A stretch of DNA of 64,000 bases from IMG/VR virus record IMGVR_UViG_3300023178_000006, one strand, 5' to 3'. The notes under the pieces are model-generated. The model did no database searches. It was not told the origin of the DNA and worked only from the letters and a program-made list of their open reading frames with translations. Numbering within the stretch: the stretch's first letter is position 1; every line of letters starts with the position of its first letter. The stretch comes from a virus (taxonomy: Duplodnaviria > Caudoviricetes). The translations under genes were made by a program, and so were the position numbers. Positions 46,082 to 55,607 of the stretch are shown here, piece by piece.

Positions 46082-47287
46082 TTAGGCGTAAGCTTCGTCC
46101 CAGTTCCCTTGTAATCCAGCAACTTCATATTCAGTTACACGATTTTCAAAGAAGTTTGTATGGTCAGCACCATTCAATACCCATTCTAACCAAGGAAGAG
46201 GATTATCCTTTACCTTAAAGTTAGTCTTCATACCAAGTTGAAGCAGCCTTCTGTCTGTAATATATCTTATATATTCTTTTACTTCAGATTTCTGGAGACC
46301 ATCGATTTCTCCCATTTCATAAGCTAAATCAATAAACTTATCTTCAAGGTCAACGATATCTTTTGACATCTCATAGATTTCTTTCTTAAACGAATCATCA
46401 ACTACACGACTGTGTTCTTTACAAAATGTTTTGAATAGTTTTGAGTTACCTTCAACATGAATACTTTCATCACGAATACTCCACTCTACAACTTTACCCA
46501 TACCTTTCATCTTTCCAAATCTTTGGAAATTCAACAGCATTACGAAAGATGCGAATAGAGCAACTCCCTCGTTGAATACAGATTTAGCAAGAGATAAACC
46601 AAGACCTCTTAATGTATTAACATCTGCTTTTCTCATGTACTCAATTTTGTCAGCCATTTCAGAATACTCTAGGAATGCGTGATATTCACTGTCTGGTAAA
46701 CCTAGTGTTTCATTTAATAAAGCATAAGCACGTTGGTGAATACCTTCACGAGCTGCAAAGGAACCTAACATATTACGTACTTCGTTATTCTTAAACTTAG
46801 GAATAAATTGGTCATAATAGTTTTGACCAACTGCAACATCAGATTGAGTAAACAATCTTAAGATGTTTGTAATATATTCTTTTTCAGTAGGTGTAATCTT
46901 ACCACCTTTCCAATCAGATACATCTTCAGACAAGTCAAGTTCATCTTCAATCCAATGTGCTTTTTCGTGTCTTGTTGTAATTTGGACTGCCCAAGGATAA
47001 TGGAATGGCTTATATGTTTCAGAGAATTCTAATAATCCACCTTGCTTCTTAATCAGTGTATCACTTACTTCCATAAGGTCGTTGTAAGTTCCAATATGTT
47101 TATCATCAATAAAAATTTGTGGTACTGAGTTTACAGTTTTACCATTTGAGAATTTTTGATAAAAAGCTAATCTTTGTTCTTCATCATCTAAGATGATTTG
47201 AGTATAGCTCATACCATGTTGAGTAAACCAAGCTTTTGCCTTTTCGCAAAAAGGGCAGTTTGATTTAGTATAAATTGTTATATCCAT
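46082..47287 (-). CDS. nrdB: Ribonucleotide reductase class Ia beta subunit with N-terminal glutaredoxin fusion
   Basis: CPFC glutaredoxin with SVPQIFID, followed by HWIEDE, EGIHQRAY and SIRDESIH di-iron motifs. Confidence 0.95.
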   Translation of the reverse strand: MDITIYTKSNCPFCEKAKAWFTQHGMSYTQIILDDEEQRLAFYQKFSNGKTVNSVPQIFIDDKHIGTYNDLMEVSDTLIKKQGGLLEFSETYKPFHYPWAVQITTRHEKAHWIEDELDLSEDVSDWKGGKITPTEKEYITNILRLFTQSDVAVGQNYYDQFIPKFKNNEVRNMLGSFAAREGIHQRAYALLNETLGLPDSEYHAFLEYSEMADKIEYMRKADVNTLRGLGLSLAKSVFNEGVALFASFVMLLNFQRFGKMKGMGKVVEWSIRDESIHVEGNSKLFKTFCKEHSRVVDDSFKKEIYEMSKDIVDLEDKFIDLAYEMGEIDGLQKSEVKEYIRYITDRRLLQLGMKTNFKVKDNPLPWLEWVLNGADHTNFFENRVTEYEVAGLQGNWDEAYA

Positions 47288-47291
47288 TTTT

Positions 47292-49082
47292 CTATCCTTG
47301 ACAAGCAACGCACTCATCTTGACTCTCCTCTGAACCGTTGTTGAATTTTACTGCGTCTGGGTTAATAATATCATCTAACTTTTCTCTTTCAATTTTCTGT
47401 GCTACATTCTCTGCTCTGTTAGATGTTTCTGTTCTTAAATAATATAATCCTTTACATCCTTGTTTCCACGCTTGATAGTGGACTTGATGTAAAGTTTTCT
47501 TATCACACCCTGCAGGGAAGAAGATGTTTAGTGATTGACCTTGACATAGGTACTTTTGTCTTTCACCTGCTAATCTGATAAGTGCTAATTGATTTAATTC
47601 AATTGCTGTTAAAAATACTTCTTTCACGTGGTCATGTAAAAAATCAAGATGTTGTACACTACCACCGTTTGTAATAATTGAAGACCAAACCTCTTCGTTA
47701 TTCTTTCCAATCTTTTCAAGCTCGGCTTCGAGGTATGGATTTTTATTTAGGTGAGAACCTACTCTTGTACGAGAAGTAAATGCATTTGCTTTCCAAGGTT
47801 CAATACTTGGAGATGTATTTACAATCATAGAAGAGTTTGCATTTGGAGCAATAGCTAACATATGTGCATTACGTCTTCCAGTACCTTTCATATCTGGAGC
47901 CTCACCTCGACGTTTACCCATTTCTAATGTTGCTGCTAATGCTTCATCTTTAATGTGTTTAAATATTCTTTCATTCAATCCTGATGCGTACTCGCAATCA
48001 AATGGTACTGAATGTTTTTGTAGATACGAATGGAAACCCATCGCACCTAAACCTAATGACCTTTCTTGTTGAGCGGAATATCTTGCTTTACTAATTTCAT
48101 CACCAGCATTGTCAATAAAGAATTGAAGAACATTATCTAAAAATACAGTTAAGTCTTTTACCATAGGTGTACTTACCCATTCATCAAACTTTTCAAGATT
48201 AACTGATGATAAACAACAAACTGCTGTGCGTTCTTCGTTGGTCACAAGGTGAATCTCATTACACAGATTAGACCCCTTAATTTTTAAACCCATTGCTTTC
48301 TGTGCGTCAGGTAAAGCACGGTTTGCAGTATCAATAAAGTTTAAGTAAGGTTCACCTGTTCTATATCTTGTTTCTAAAATATGTTCCCAAAGTTTACGTG
48401 CTGGCATAGTATCACGTACTGATTTATCATTAGGGTCTAATAATTCCCATTCAGCACCTGCTTCAACTGCTTCCATAAACTTGTCTGTAATATTAACTGC
48501 ATGGTGTAAGTTTAAATTCTTTCGATTCACATCACCAGTTGGAATACGCATATTAATAAACTCAACGATATCTGGGTGGTCAACATCCATGTATGCCGCG
48601 TACGAACCCTTACGTGTACGTCCCTGTCTATATGCAACCATGTCAGCATCAACTGTATGAAGGAAAGGCATAGGACCTGGTGCTTTCTTTGAAACAGCAC
48701 GAATGTCGTTCCAATGTCCACCAACACCTCCACCTTTTACAGACAACCAACGAAGTTCTGCTGTGTGGTCTATAAGACCATCTAATGTATCTGGTACATA
48801 AGTAAGGAAACAACTAATAGGTAATGCTTTAACCTCTTCTCCCTTGATTGGTGCATTCGAAAGAACAGGACTTGCATACATAAACCAACCTTTAGAAACG
48901 TAATCATATATTCTCTGTGCGAGTTTTAGATTACCACCACAAAAAGCGACAGCTGCTCGTGCATATGCCATCTGAGGAGATTTCTCGTCCTCCCTACAAT
49001 AATAGTCTTTTAGTAATTTAAAAGACTGTTCAGAGAGAATCTTATCTCTTTTACTGTCGATTTCTATGCCCAAATGTTGCAT
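47292..49082 (-). CDS. nrdA: Ribonucleotide reductase class Ia alpha subunit (short, no ATP cone seen)
   Basis: ASPVLSN, ISCF, GSNLCNEI, IAPNANSS and C-terminal CVAC. Confidence 0.95.
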   Translation of the reverse strand: MQHLGIEIDSKRDKILSEQSFKLLKDYYCREDEKSPQMAYARAAVAFCGGNLKLAQRIYDYVSKGWFMYASPVLSNAPIKGEEVKALPISCFLTYVPDTLDGLIDHTAELRWLSVKGGGVGGHWNDIRAVSKKAPGPMPFLHTVDADMVAYRQGRTRKGSYAAYMDVDHPDIVEFINMRIPTGDVNRKNLNLHHAVNITDKFMEAVEAGAEWELLDPNDKSVRDTMPARKLWEHILETRYRTGEPYLNFIDTANRALPDAQKAMGLKIKGSNLCNEIHLVTNEERTAVCCLSSVNLEKFDEWVSTPMVKDLTVFLDNVLQFFIDNAGDEISKARYSAQQERSLGLGAMGFHSYLQKHSVPFDCEYASGLNERIFKHIKDEALAATLEMGKRRGEAPDMKGTGRRNAHMLAIAPNANSSMIVNTSPSIEPWKANAFTSRTRVGSHLNKNPYLEAELEKIGKNNEEVWSSIITNGGSVQHLDFLHDHVKEVFLTAIELNQLALIRLAGERQKYLCQGQSLNIFFPAGCDKKTLHQVHYQAWKQGCKGLYYLRTETSNRAENVAQKIEREKLDDIINPDAVKFNNGSEESQDECVACQG

Positions 49083-49094
49083 TTGTTTCTCCTG

Positions 49095-49790
49095 TTAGTG
49101 TACGTAATTAGCGGCCATAGGAAAGATTCTTGTAATTACACAAGCGATTTCCCTTGCCAATTCGATATGTTCTTTTTGAGTTCCATTCCCACTTCGTAAT
49201 TCGATGAAATGTATCCAAGAACGTAATGTTCCGTTTACATATAATCTCGAAACTGTGAGACCTTCTGGTAGTACTGCACGTGCTTGTTCTTTTGCAATAC
49301 CTTGTTCAATTGCCCAATTATATAATTCTTTTGATTGTCGGATAAAAGCCTTTTGTTTCATTCGAAAATTCTCATTGATTCGTCTGTGTGTTTCATCATT
49401 CGAATCTATATCTATACTATTTTGTCTGTTGGTTTTATCCTGTAGTCTTGCATCCCTCGTTACGAATTCTAAATCTTCTGTAGGGTCTGCATATCTTTGA
49501 CTAAATTCTTGAAACGAAAAAGACCTATGACGTAATAATTGACGTGCGATGTCTCTTGTTGTTTCGACTTCGATACAAGCACTAGTCATCTCGAAAGGTG
49601 ACCAATGTTTGTGTTTAGCTAAGTAGTTAAGAAGCTTTTCACTTGTTTCAGTGTTAAGCTGATTTGAGGGATTTGATACTCTAGCACAAAACGCGATTAA
49701 GTCTTGTACATTATGTAATCCTTCTTTGAGGACCTCTTCCGAGGGTTGCGAATAACTAACCAATTTAGCATGCATTAAAGTTTTCTCCAT
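49095..49790 (-). CDS. thyX: Flavin-dependent thymidylate synthase
   Basis: HWSPFE and RHRSFSFQEFSQRY. Confidence 0.95.
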   Translation of the reverse strand: MEKTLMHAKLVSYSQPSEEVLKEGLHNVQDLIAFCARVSNPSNQLNTETSEKLLNYLAKHKHWSPFEMTSACIEVETTRDIARQLLRHRSFSFQEFSQRYADPTEDLEFVTRDARLQDKTNRQNSIDIDSNDETHRRINENFRMKQKAFIRQSKELYNWAIEQGIAKEQARAVLPEGLTVSRLYVNGTLRSWIHFIELRSGNGTQKEHIELAREIACVITRIFPMAANYVH

Positions 49791-50788
49791 TCAGTGAATT
49801 TCAGTTTAGCTTCTAAGCCTTTATAGATGTTGTCGATAATAAAATCTTCAACATTTGTAAGACCATTAAGAAACATTTCATTGATGTCCTTACCAGGAAC
49901 ATCGTTGGGCCATATACAAATCTTATAGCCCTGTTCTATAATTTTTTCCATGCGTTTATGAATCTCTTTATTTCGAGGTTCCGCATCGAAAACGAATATC
50001 GCATTCTCTTTTGCATGTTTGAGCGCAGATGTATTTCCTTCCGCTCCTGCCATCGCAACAGAATTTCTGAGGAACATGCTGTCTAAAGCACCTTCCGTGA
50101 CCATGTATGGTCGTTTAAAGTCAACCTTATCTAATCCGAAGATTTTAGGTCTATCTTCAAACATAATTGTGATGTACCTGATACCATCGGGGTCAAACCC
50201 TCTGGCTGATACACCAAATATTTTTTTGTGTTCATCTAAAAAAGGAATCACTAATCGAGGTTCGTCTTTATCTATATTCGAGAACTTATCTGGTATAATA
50301 CCATTAATCCATGCCTTAAATTTCGGCGCATAATAAAGACGATAATGATGATTCGAAGGAATCTTCCTCTTATCTATATAGGTTTTTACTGGGTGATTAT
50401 GAGATAATTGTGATACTTTTTTAATCTTTTTTAGTGTTGAGTTGCTAGCAAAAGTGGGTTGTTCAAACTTCATTCCCTCTAATACAGGCATCTCCTTCTT
50501 TTTGTGTTTATTAATAAATTTTTCAGATGTGTAATCTTTGAACGCAAGAGGGTCGACTGTCTTGAGAAAGTAGGAAAAGGATTGACTTGCTCCGCAATTA
50601 TGACAATAGTAGAACAAGTTATTGTCTTTCTCAAGGAGCCAACCCCTTGCTTTTGTTTTTGATTTTTGTGAGTCACCACAAAGTGGACATCTGAAATTAA
50701 TCTTATATGGATTAGTGGACCTAATACGAAACCTGTCTAGGCGGCCACCTAATGTCTGTGCATATTGTATATCAACAAAATCAATCAT
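49775..50788 (-). CDS. gp61: DNA primase
   Basis: RCPLCGDS and YYCHNCG zinc ribbon; EGALDSMF; FDAEPRNKEI. Confidence 0.95.
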   Translation of the reverse strand: MIDFVDIQYAQTLGGRLDRFRIRSTNPYKINFRCPLCGDSQKSKTKARGWLLEKDNNLFYYCHNCGASQSFSYFLKTVDPLAFKDYTSEKFINKHKKKEMPVLEGMKFEQPTFASNSTLKKIKKVSQLSHNHPVKTYIDKRKIPSNHHYRLYYAPKFKAWINGIIPDKFSNIDKDEPRLVIPFLDEHKKIFGVSARGFDPDGIRYITIMFEDRPKIFGLDKVDFKRPYMVTEGALDSMFLRNSVAMAGAEGNTSALKHAKENAIFVFDAEPRNKEIHKRMEKIIEQGYKICIWPNDVPGKDINEMFLNGLTNVEDFIIDNIYKGLEAKLKFTEWRKL

Positions 50789-50821
50789 ATTATAAATCTA
50801 TCTGTGGAATGAGTTGGGTAT

Positions 50822-50850
50822 ATTATACCACAAGGATACTGAAATGTCAA
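50822..50850 (-). promoter_or_regulatory. Sigma70-type promoter upstream of primase
   Basis: TTGACA-N17-TATAAT. Confidence 0.85.
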
Positions 50851-50853
50851 CCG

Positions 50854-51480
50854 TTATTTTACGGTTTTGACTCTACCCGTTTTAGGGTCTACTAGATATG
50901 CGAAATATTCGACTTCAGGAAATTCTTTCTTAAGGCTTAGAAGAGCTTTTAAGTTATCTAAATGGTCATCAAACAGACGTATTCTTCCATACTCTCCTGT
51001 CTTTAGATACTTTCGAAACACCACTTTCTTATTTTCAGCAGCGTTTCTTCCACCAAGATTACCAGCACGCTCAACATATACACCTTCTCTACGATTTCCT
51101 AAAGGTATTCCGTGAGCTTCAAACGTTTTCATAAAGAGATTCTTATCGTCCATGTCAGCACGTGCTGTAACAATAATAACTCTACTACCAGTTTTCGTGG
51201 CATTCTTTATGATAGCTTTTGCTTTTTGGATTATTTTTCCGATAGGTGTTGCGGTTTGATAGAATATTTTTGACGATTTAAATTCACCGTAGTCCCATTC
51301 CTCACCAGACTTTAATTTATAATCGTTATATTCTTTAGGAGTAAGAGATTTAACCTGTTTGGTTTTCTTATTAAGAACACGTACACGAGCTTTAGATACA
51401 AACATCGTATCATCGACGTCAAAGATTGTCAATCCTTTCGAACCTCTTTTCTCTATCAAATATTCTTCGAATCTTTTCAT
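50854..51480 (-). CDS. HAD-superfamily protein with capsid-targeting-like N-terminus
   Basis: MKRFEEYLIE, then IFDVDDT, IIVTAR and LFDD. Confidence 0.75.
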   Translation of the reverse strand: MKRFEEYLIEKRGSKGLTIFDVDDTMFVSKARVRVLNKKTKQVKSLTPKEYNDYKLKSGEEWDYGEFKSSKIFYQTATPIGKIIQKAKAIIKNATKTGSRVIIVTARADMDDKNLFMKTFEAHGIPLGNRREGVYVERAGNLGGRNAAENKKVVFRKYLKTGEYGRIRLFDDHLDNLKALLSLKKEFPEVEYFAYLVDPKTGRVKTVK

Positions 51481-51490
51481 ATCATGTACT

Positions 51491-51519
51491 ATTATATACT
51501 AGTTTTATTGAATTGTCAA
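51491..51519 (-). promoter_or_regulatory. Sigma70-type promoter
   Basis: TTGACA-N17-TATAAT. Confidence 0.82.
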
Positions 51520-52055
51520 CTGTTTAGATGAAACATTGATACGTCTAAGAATTGCACTATGAAAGTGATAACTGCTATAGCACCTATCAACCACCATTTT
51601 AAGTTCTCAATATTTCTTATTCTTTCTTCTTGTCCGTCAACTTTTTCGTTTAAATCTTTTGCAATATTTTCGATGAGTCGTATTGTTTCTCTATGTCTAT
51701 CTTCATGCCATTCACGACTACGTTCATTTACTTCTGCGTGTTTATTTCTTGCGTCTTCCATTGCTCTTACCATATCTGTTTTAAAATTCTGTTTATGGTC
51801 ATCTAGTTCTTCTTTCAGCGCAAATCGAGCTTCAACGTTAATACGAGCTTGAGTATCTATCTTTTCTTCTAGGTAATCGAGTTTCTGGTCAAATCTTTCT
51901 ATGATTTGTTGTTGCACAGCCATGCCTTTCGACAAGTCTGAAATCTCGTCTATAACTCCATCAACTTTATCAAAAAATCTTTCGATTTGTTTGAGGTCAT
52001 TTTTTATGAGGGCTATATCTGTTTTGATGTGGTTTACAGTATCGTCTGACACCAT
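51516..52055 (-). CDS. Coiled-coil protein with C-terminal TM helix (possible holin/lysis-associated)
   Basis: Heptad-rich body ending in LKWWLIGAIAVITFIVQF; next to spanins. Confidence 0.55.
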   Translation of the reverse strand: MVSDDTVNHIKTDIALIKNDLKQIERFFDKVDGVIDEISDLSKGMAVQQQIIERFDQKLDYLEEKIDTQARINVEARFALKEELDDHKQNFKTDMVRAMEDARNKHAEVNERSREWHEDRHRETIRLIENIAKDLNEKVDGQEERIRNIENLKWWLIGAIAVITFIVQFLDVSMFHLNS

Positions 52056-52152
52056 GCCTCCAAGTTTTATAAGTTAATTAAACAACTAGCGCATGATTTA
52101 CAATAGTATTTATCCACAGGATTTCCTACTGTCAACATTGGAGAGAAATTAA

Positions 52153-52689
52153 TTAATCTTTTTTCTGAAACTCAGCGCCGACTGCTTGTTCATCATTTAT
52201 GGTTACATTGCGGTAGTACACGACCACCTCTCCGAGTTCACGTATGTACCTACGAAGCTCTTGCATGTTTCCACTCATTAGTTCATAATCCTTTATAGTC
52301 GTTGCAACGAAGAGGGTGTCTCCTCCATTTGCCGCTTTGATGTCATCTATGAATTTATCAAAATAAGTGTAACCGACTGGCCAATCTGGGTTTTCTCTAT
52401 CTTCTAAAGAACATTCTTTGGGACGTTTTAATGTCTCTACACCTTCATCATTAAATCGAGGTGGGTCGAAAGGAATCGACCTCTTACATGGATTAACAAT
52501 TACCGCCTCAGAAACTACGTACCATTTAGGCTCTTCGAGTTCTATAGGTCTTGGTAATGTTGGTTGAATGATTTGAATTTGAACTGGTTTACTAACTATC
52601 TCGACTTCTTTAGTAAAGAAACCGCCTAATGTAGAACAACCACTAATTAGAAGGAGTGCCAGAGAGCTCGCTAATAGCTTTACTGTCAT
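52153..52689 (-). CDS. Probable o-spanin (lipoprotein)
   Basis: Lipobox ISG-C, Pro-rich segment; start overlaps the i-spanin 3' end. Confidence 0.7.
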   Translation of the reverse strand: MTVKLLASSLALLLISGCSTLGGFFTKEVEIVSKPVQIQIIQPTLPRPIELEEPKWYVVSEAVIVNPCKRSIPFDPPRFNDEGVETLKRPKECSLEDRENPDWPVGYTYFDKFIDDIKAANGGDTLFVATTIKDYELMSGNMQELRRYIRELGEVVVYYRNVTINDEQAVGAEFQKKD

Positions 52690-53026
52690 TTTCAATCTCC
52701 TCAAATACTGCTTTGGTTTCGTTATTCACTCGAGTCTCAATCAAGCCCGGCTTCATCAGCGCGAGCTTGTCGAGATTATGTCTTCTGAAAATATCGAGAT
52801 AACGGTCTTTTTCTGCCTCTATTTCGGCAGTCCTACGAGATAGGTCATTAAGAGCTTGACCTTGTTTCTCATAAGATTCTTTCATTGCGTTGAATGCAGC
52901 AGCTTGCTCTTCAATCGCACTTTCAAGTTTGACATTATTTTCTTTTAATGTCTGGTTCTCATTAAAAAGCCAATAACTCGTACCACCAAGTACGAGTATC
53001 AATGTTAAAAATATCTGGTTAAACAC
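52643..53026 (-). CDS. Probable i-spanin
   Basis: N-terminal TM helix, long coiled coil, KPGLIETRVN. Confidence 0.7.
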   Translation of the reverse strand: MFNQIFLTLILVLGGTSYWLFNENQTLKENNVKLESAIEEQAAAFNAMKESYEKQGQALNDLSRRTAEIEAEKDRYLDIFRRHNLDKLALMKPGLIETRVNNETKAVFEEIENDSKAISELSGTPSN

Positions 53027-53029
53027 AGA

Positions 53030-53557
53030 TTATTCTTCGTCCTTGACTTCGTATCCTGCAGCCTTTGCTAACTTAGGATGTATATCAGCTGCTTCTTCTT
53101 CATCATTATGATAATGATTTACAGCAAACTTCCATAAGTCTTTTGCATCACCAGATACATCGGCAGTGTCGTCACCGGTCTTCTTAATTTTAATTCTATA
53201 TTTCTTTTCGGCGTCAGCTTTATGTTTGTCATCACCAATATAGTCGATATCGATTACTTCTTCACTTAACACGTGAGACCAATCAATCGTTATTGTGTGC
53301 TCGCTAACTTTTTTTTTAGCTTTAGACTCTTCTTCGTCAGACTCGTCTTCGTCCTCATCTTCCTCTTCGTCAGATTCGTCCTCGTCCTCGTCTTCCTCAT
53401 CTTCGTCTTCGTCTTCTTTGACTTTGCCTTCAGTCATTTCTTTGTACTTTTCTTCTAAAGAAGCGCGAATTCTAGAATTCATTTCCTCTTCAAAAGCCTC
53501 TTTCATTTTAAGAGGATTGTTATCAATTGCTTCCGCAATTATTTTTTCAATAGACAT
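53030..53557 (-). CDS. Probable prohead core/internal protein with acidic tract
   Basis: AIDNNPLKMKEAFEEEM N-terminus shared with 53572-54435; poly-D/E tract. Confidence 0.6.
   Translation of the reverse strand: MSIEKIIAEAIDNNPLKMKEAFEEEMNSRIRASLEEKYKEMTEGKVKEDEDEDEEDEDEDESDEEEDEDEDESDEEESKAKKKVSEHTITIDWSHVLSEEVIDIDYIGDDKHKADAEKKYRIKIKKTGDDTADVSGDAKDLWKFAVNHYHNDEEEAADIHPKLAKAAGYEVKDEE
53330..53415. repeat. Imperfect ~33-bp tandem duplication encoding an acidic tract
   Basis: EDEDEDESDEE occurs twice in the protein. Confidence 0.7.
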
Positions 53558-53571
53558 TACTATTCTCCTAT

Positions 53572-54435
53572 TTAAATTAACTTAGCTCTGTATGTAAAAC
53601 CCGAACCACCTGGTTGAATTATATCTTCTAATAAAGCGTTATAGTATAACACATCGTAACCAATGTTTTTATCATCGTCATCATCTGGACTCCAGTTGGT
53701 AACGTTTCCACCAGTCTTTATATGTGCACTTATACGTTTCGAAGTATAATCTGATAATTTAGTTCGGTAATCACATCTTTGTTGAATTTCTCTTAATCCG
53801 TCTTCATTTTCGAATGAACTAGGATATACAACTGTATCACCACCCTTATATTCTGGGTCTTCATCACCAGGGTCAAATCCTAGCATTTCATCTAAAGGTA
53901 CTTCACCTTCTTCATTCATAGCTTCCACTATCTTCTTAAGGTTTACTGCACCTGCAACTTGGATTGCAACTTGTTTCATGTCCTCTGGGTCTGGACCATC
54001 GTAATCATCAGAATCATCAGAACCAGAGTCATCAGCTGGTGATGCTTTGTCAGAATCAGGTGTTTCACCTTCATCATCATCTTTAGAATCAACATCAGAG
54101 AAAACCCTTGGGTGTTTCTTTTTTGCTTCTTCTTCATCACCATAATGTTTTGCTAAAAAGTCAGCAACCTTTTTATGGTCACCAGTTACAGCGGACTTTC
54201 CATCTTTGTTCGGGGCGCCAATCTTGATTCCATATTTTTCTGAATCAGATTCACGCTGCTTGTCACTACCTTTATATTCGATTTCCACTTTATCAGTGTC
54301 GACTGCTTCATTAATCCCGTTGTATGCTTCTTCTAAAGCAACACGAAGACGTGAAGTCATTTCGTCTTCAAAGGCTTCTTTCATCTTCAACGGATTGTTG
54401 TCAATCGCGTGTTGAATAATTTTATGTAATGACAT
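53572..54435 (-). CDS. Probable prohead core/internal protein, paralogue of 53030-53557
   Basis: AIDNNPLKMKEAFEDEM and a shared second domain ending HY...EEEA...HP. Confidence 0.6.
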   Translation of the reverse strand: MSLHKIIQHAIDNNPLKMKEAFEDEMTSRLRVALEEAYNGINEAVDTDKVEIEYKGSDKQRESDSEKYGIKIGAPNKDGKSAVTGDHKKVADFLAKHYGDEEEAKKKHPRVFSDVDSKDDDEGETPDSDKASPADDSGSDDSDDYDGPDPEDMKQVAIQVAGAVNLKKIVEAMNEEGEVPLDEMLGFDPGDEDPEYKGGDTVVYPSSFENEDGLREIQQRCDYRTKLSDYTSKRISAHIKTGGNVTNWSPDDDDDKNIGYDVLYYNALLEDIIQPGGSGFTYRAKLI

Positions 54436-54469
54436 TTTTATTCCTATAAATGCTTGTTTTGTTTATTTA

Positions 54470-54925
54470 TTAAACTTCTTCCATCCGTGACATGAGGCGC
54501 TCTGCTCTGTTTGTCACTTGACGATACCATTTGGAATCTCTACCTTCAACTGCGGCAGTTTTCCAATCACCTTCTAATAATGCAGCATTAAATTTTTTGA
54601 ATCCACTCAAACGAGTACGACCCATGTTAAACATCATGTTAACCAAGATTTGCTGGACTTCGCCGGGAAAGTCTCCAAAGTTCCCTTCTCCGTATAGAGC
54701 GTGACATTCTCCGAGGGCAATGTCAAAATCTCTGTCGAAACACGTCCTAACTCTTTCCTCACTAACTTCTGTACCAACTGGTTTTCCAAATTCCTCGTCA
54801 CTGTCGAGGATAAGATGACCGACTCCAAAAGTGGGATACCCGAGGTGGTCGTTATAGATGGCATAGACAACTCCTTCGTCGATTTTTAGTTGTTCGAATA
54901 CTGCTTCTTTATCTTCAATTTTCAT
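54470..54925 (-). CDS. Endolysin, GH24 T4-lysozyme-like
   Basis: LKIDEG...DHLGYPTFGVGHL, NMMFNMG and SKWYRQVTNRA. Confidence 0.9.
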   Translation of the reverse strand: MKIEDKEAVFEQLKIDEGVVYAIYNDHLGYPTFGVGHLILDSDEEFGKPVGTEVSEERVRTCFDRDFDIALGECHALYGEGNFGDFPGEVQQILVNMMFNMGRTRLSGFKKFNAALLEGDWKTAAVEGRDSKWYRQVTNRAERLMSRMEEV

Positions 54926-55607
54926 TTTCTGACATCCTTGACATAAAGTCAATAAAATTTTTCTTTTTATATTTACCTTGAGCTTTCTTAGACACGCCAG
55001 GTTCACCTGACGCACCTACACCCAAACCTGCAATAGCACCGCCACCGACTCCGGTGACTTCTTCAACATCGTCCATATATCCTTTTTCATTAAGCCATTT
55101 CTCAACTGCTTGTCTTATATCATAAGAAGATGAGTTTGCTGTTTTTAAATCGAGTAATAATTTACGAAGTTCTCCTTTATCATCTTTAGAAACTTTTTTC
55201 TTAGCTTCATCTAATTTGATTTCTTGTTCTTCGATAATGTCTGCATATTCCTCGACGAATCGATTCATAGCATTCTCAATATACTCTTCATCTATTTCAG
55301 CACTTTCAAAAAGAGTACCAGTTTTATTTTGGTATTCTTCAGATTCTTTAATTAACCAAAGTGCTGCAGCATAACTCGCTAACCTTGTTTGGCCGCCTGG
55401 TAATTTAGCTAGTAGTTTTTTAAGATTTAAAATAAGTTGGTCAAATATACCAAATGCTTTCCTTTGAGATGCTTTCGTAAAGTCACGTCGACGCACAAGT
55501 ATATTACCTTTTGCATCGATAATTCCTTCTTTAAAAGCAGCCCATTTATTAAAAGGCGTAACTAGCCTCTTAATAAAACTAAAAACTAAAAATAAATCAA
55601 CTACCAT
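54915..55607 (-). CDS. Hypothetical protein
   Basis: FIKRLVTPFNKWAAFKEGIIDAKG...YAAALWLIKE. Confidence 0.75.
   Translation of the reverse strand: MVVDLFLVFSFIKRLVTPFNKWAAFKEGIIDAKGNILVRRRDFTKASQRKAFGIFDQLILNLKKLLAKLPGGQTRLASYAAALWLIKESEEYQNKTGTLFESAEIDEEYIENAMNRFVEEYADIIEEQEIKLDEAKKKVSKDDKGELRKLLLDLKTANSSSYDIRQAVEKWLNEKGYMDDVEEVTGVGGGAIAGLGVGASGEPGVSKKAQGKYKKKNFIDFMSRMSENEN

Noticed and set aside
46082-50788. Introns, inteins or homing endonucleases in nrdA, nrdB, thyX or primase
   Set aside because: All four frames are continuous and of normal length
53295-53585. Poly-Ser + strand ORF
   Set aside because: Antisense shadow of the Asp/Glu tract
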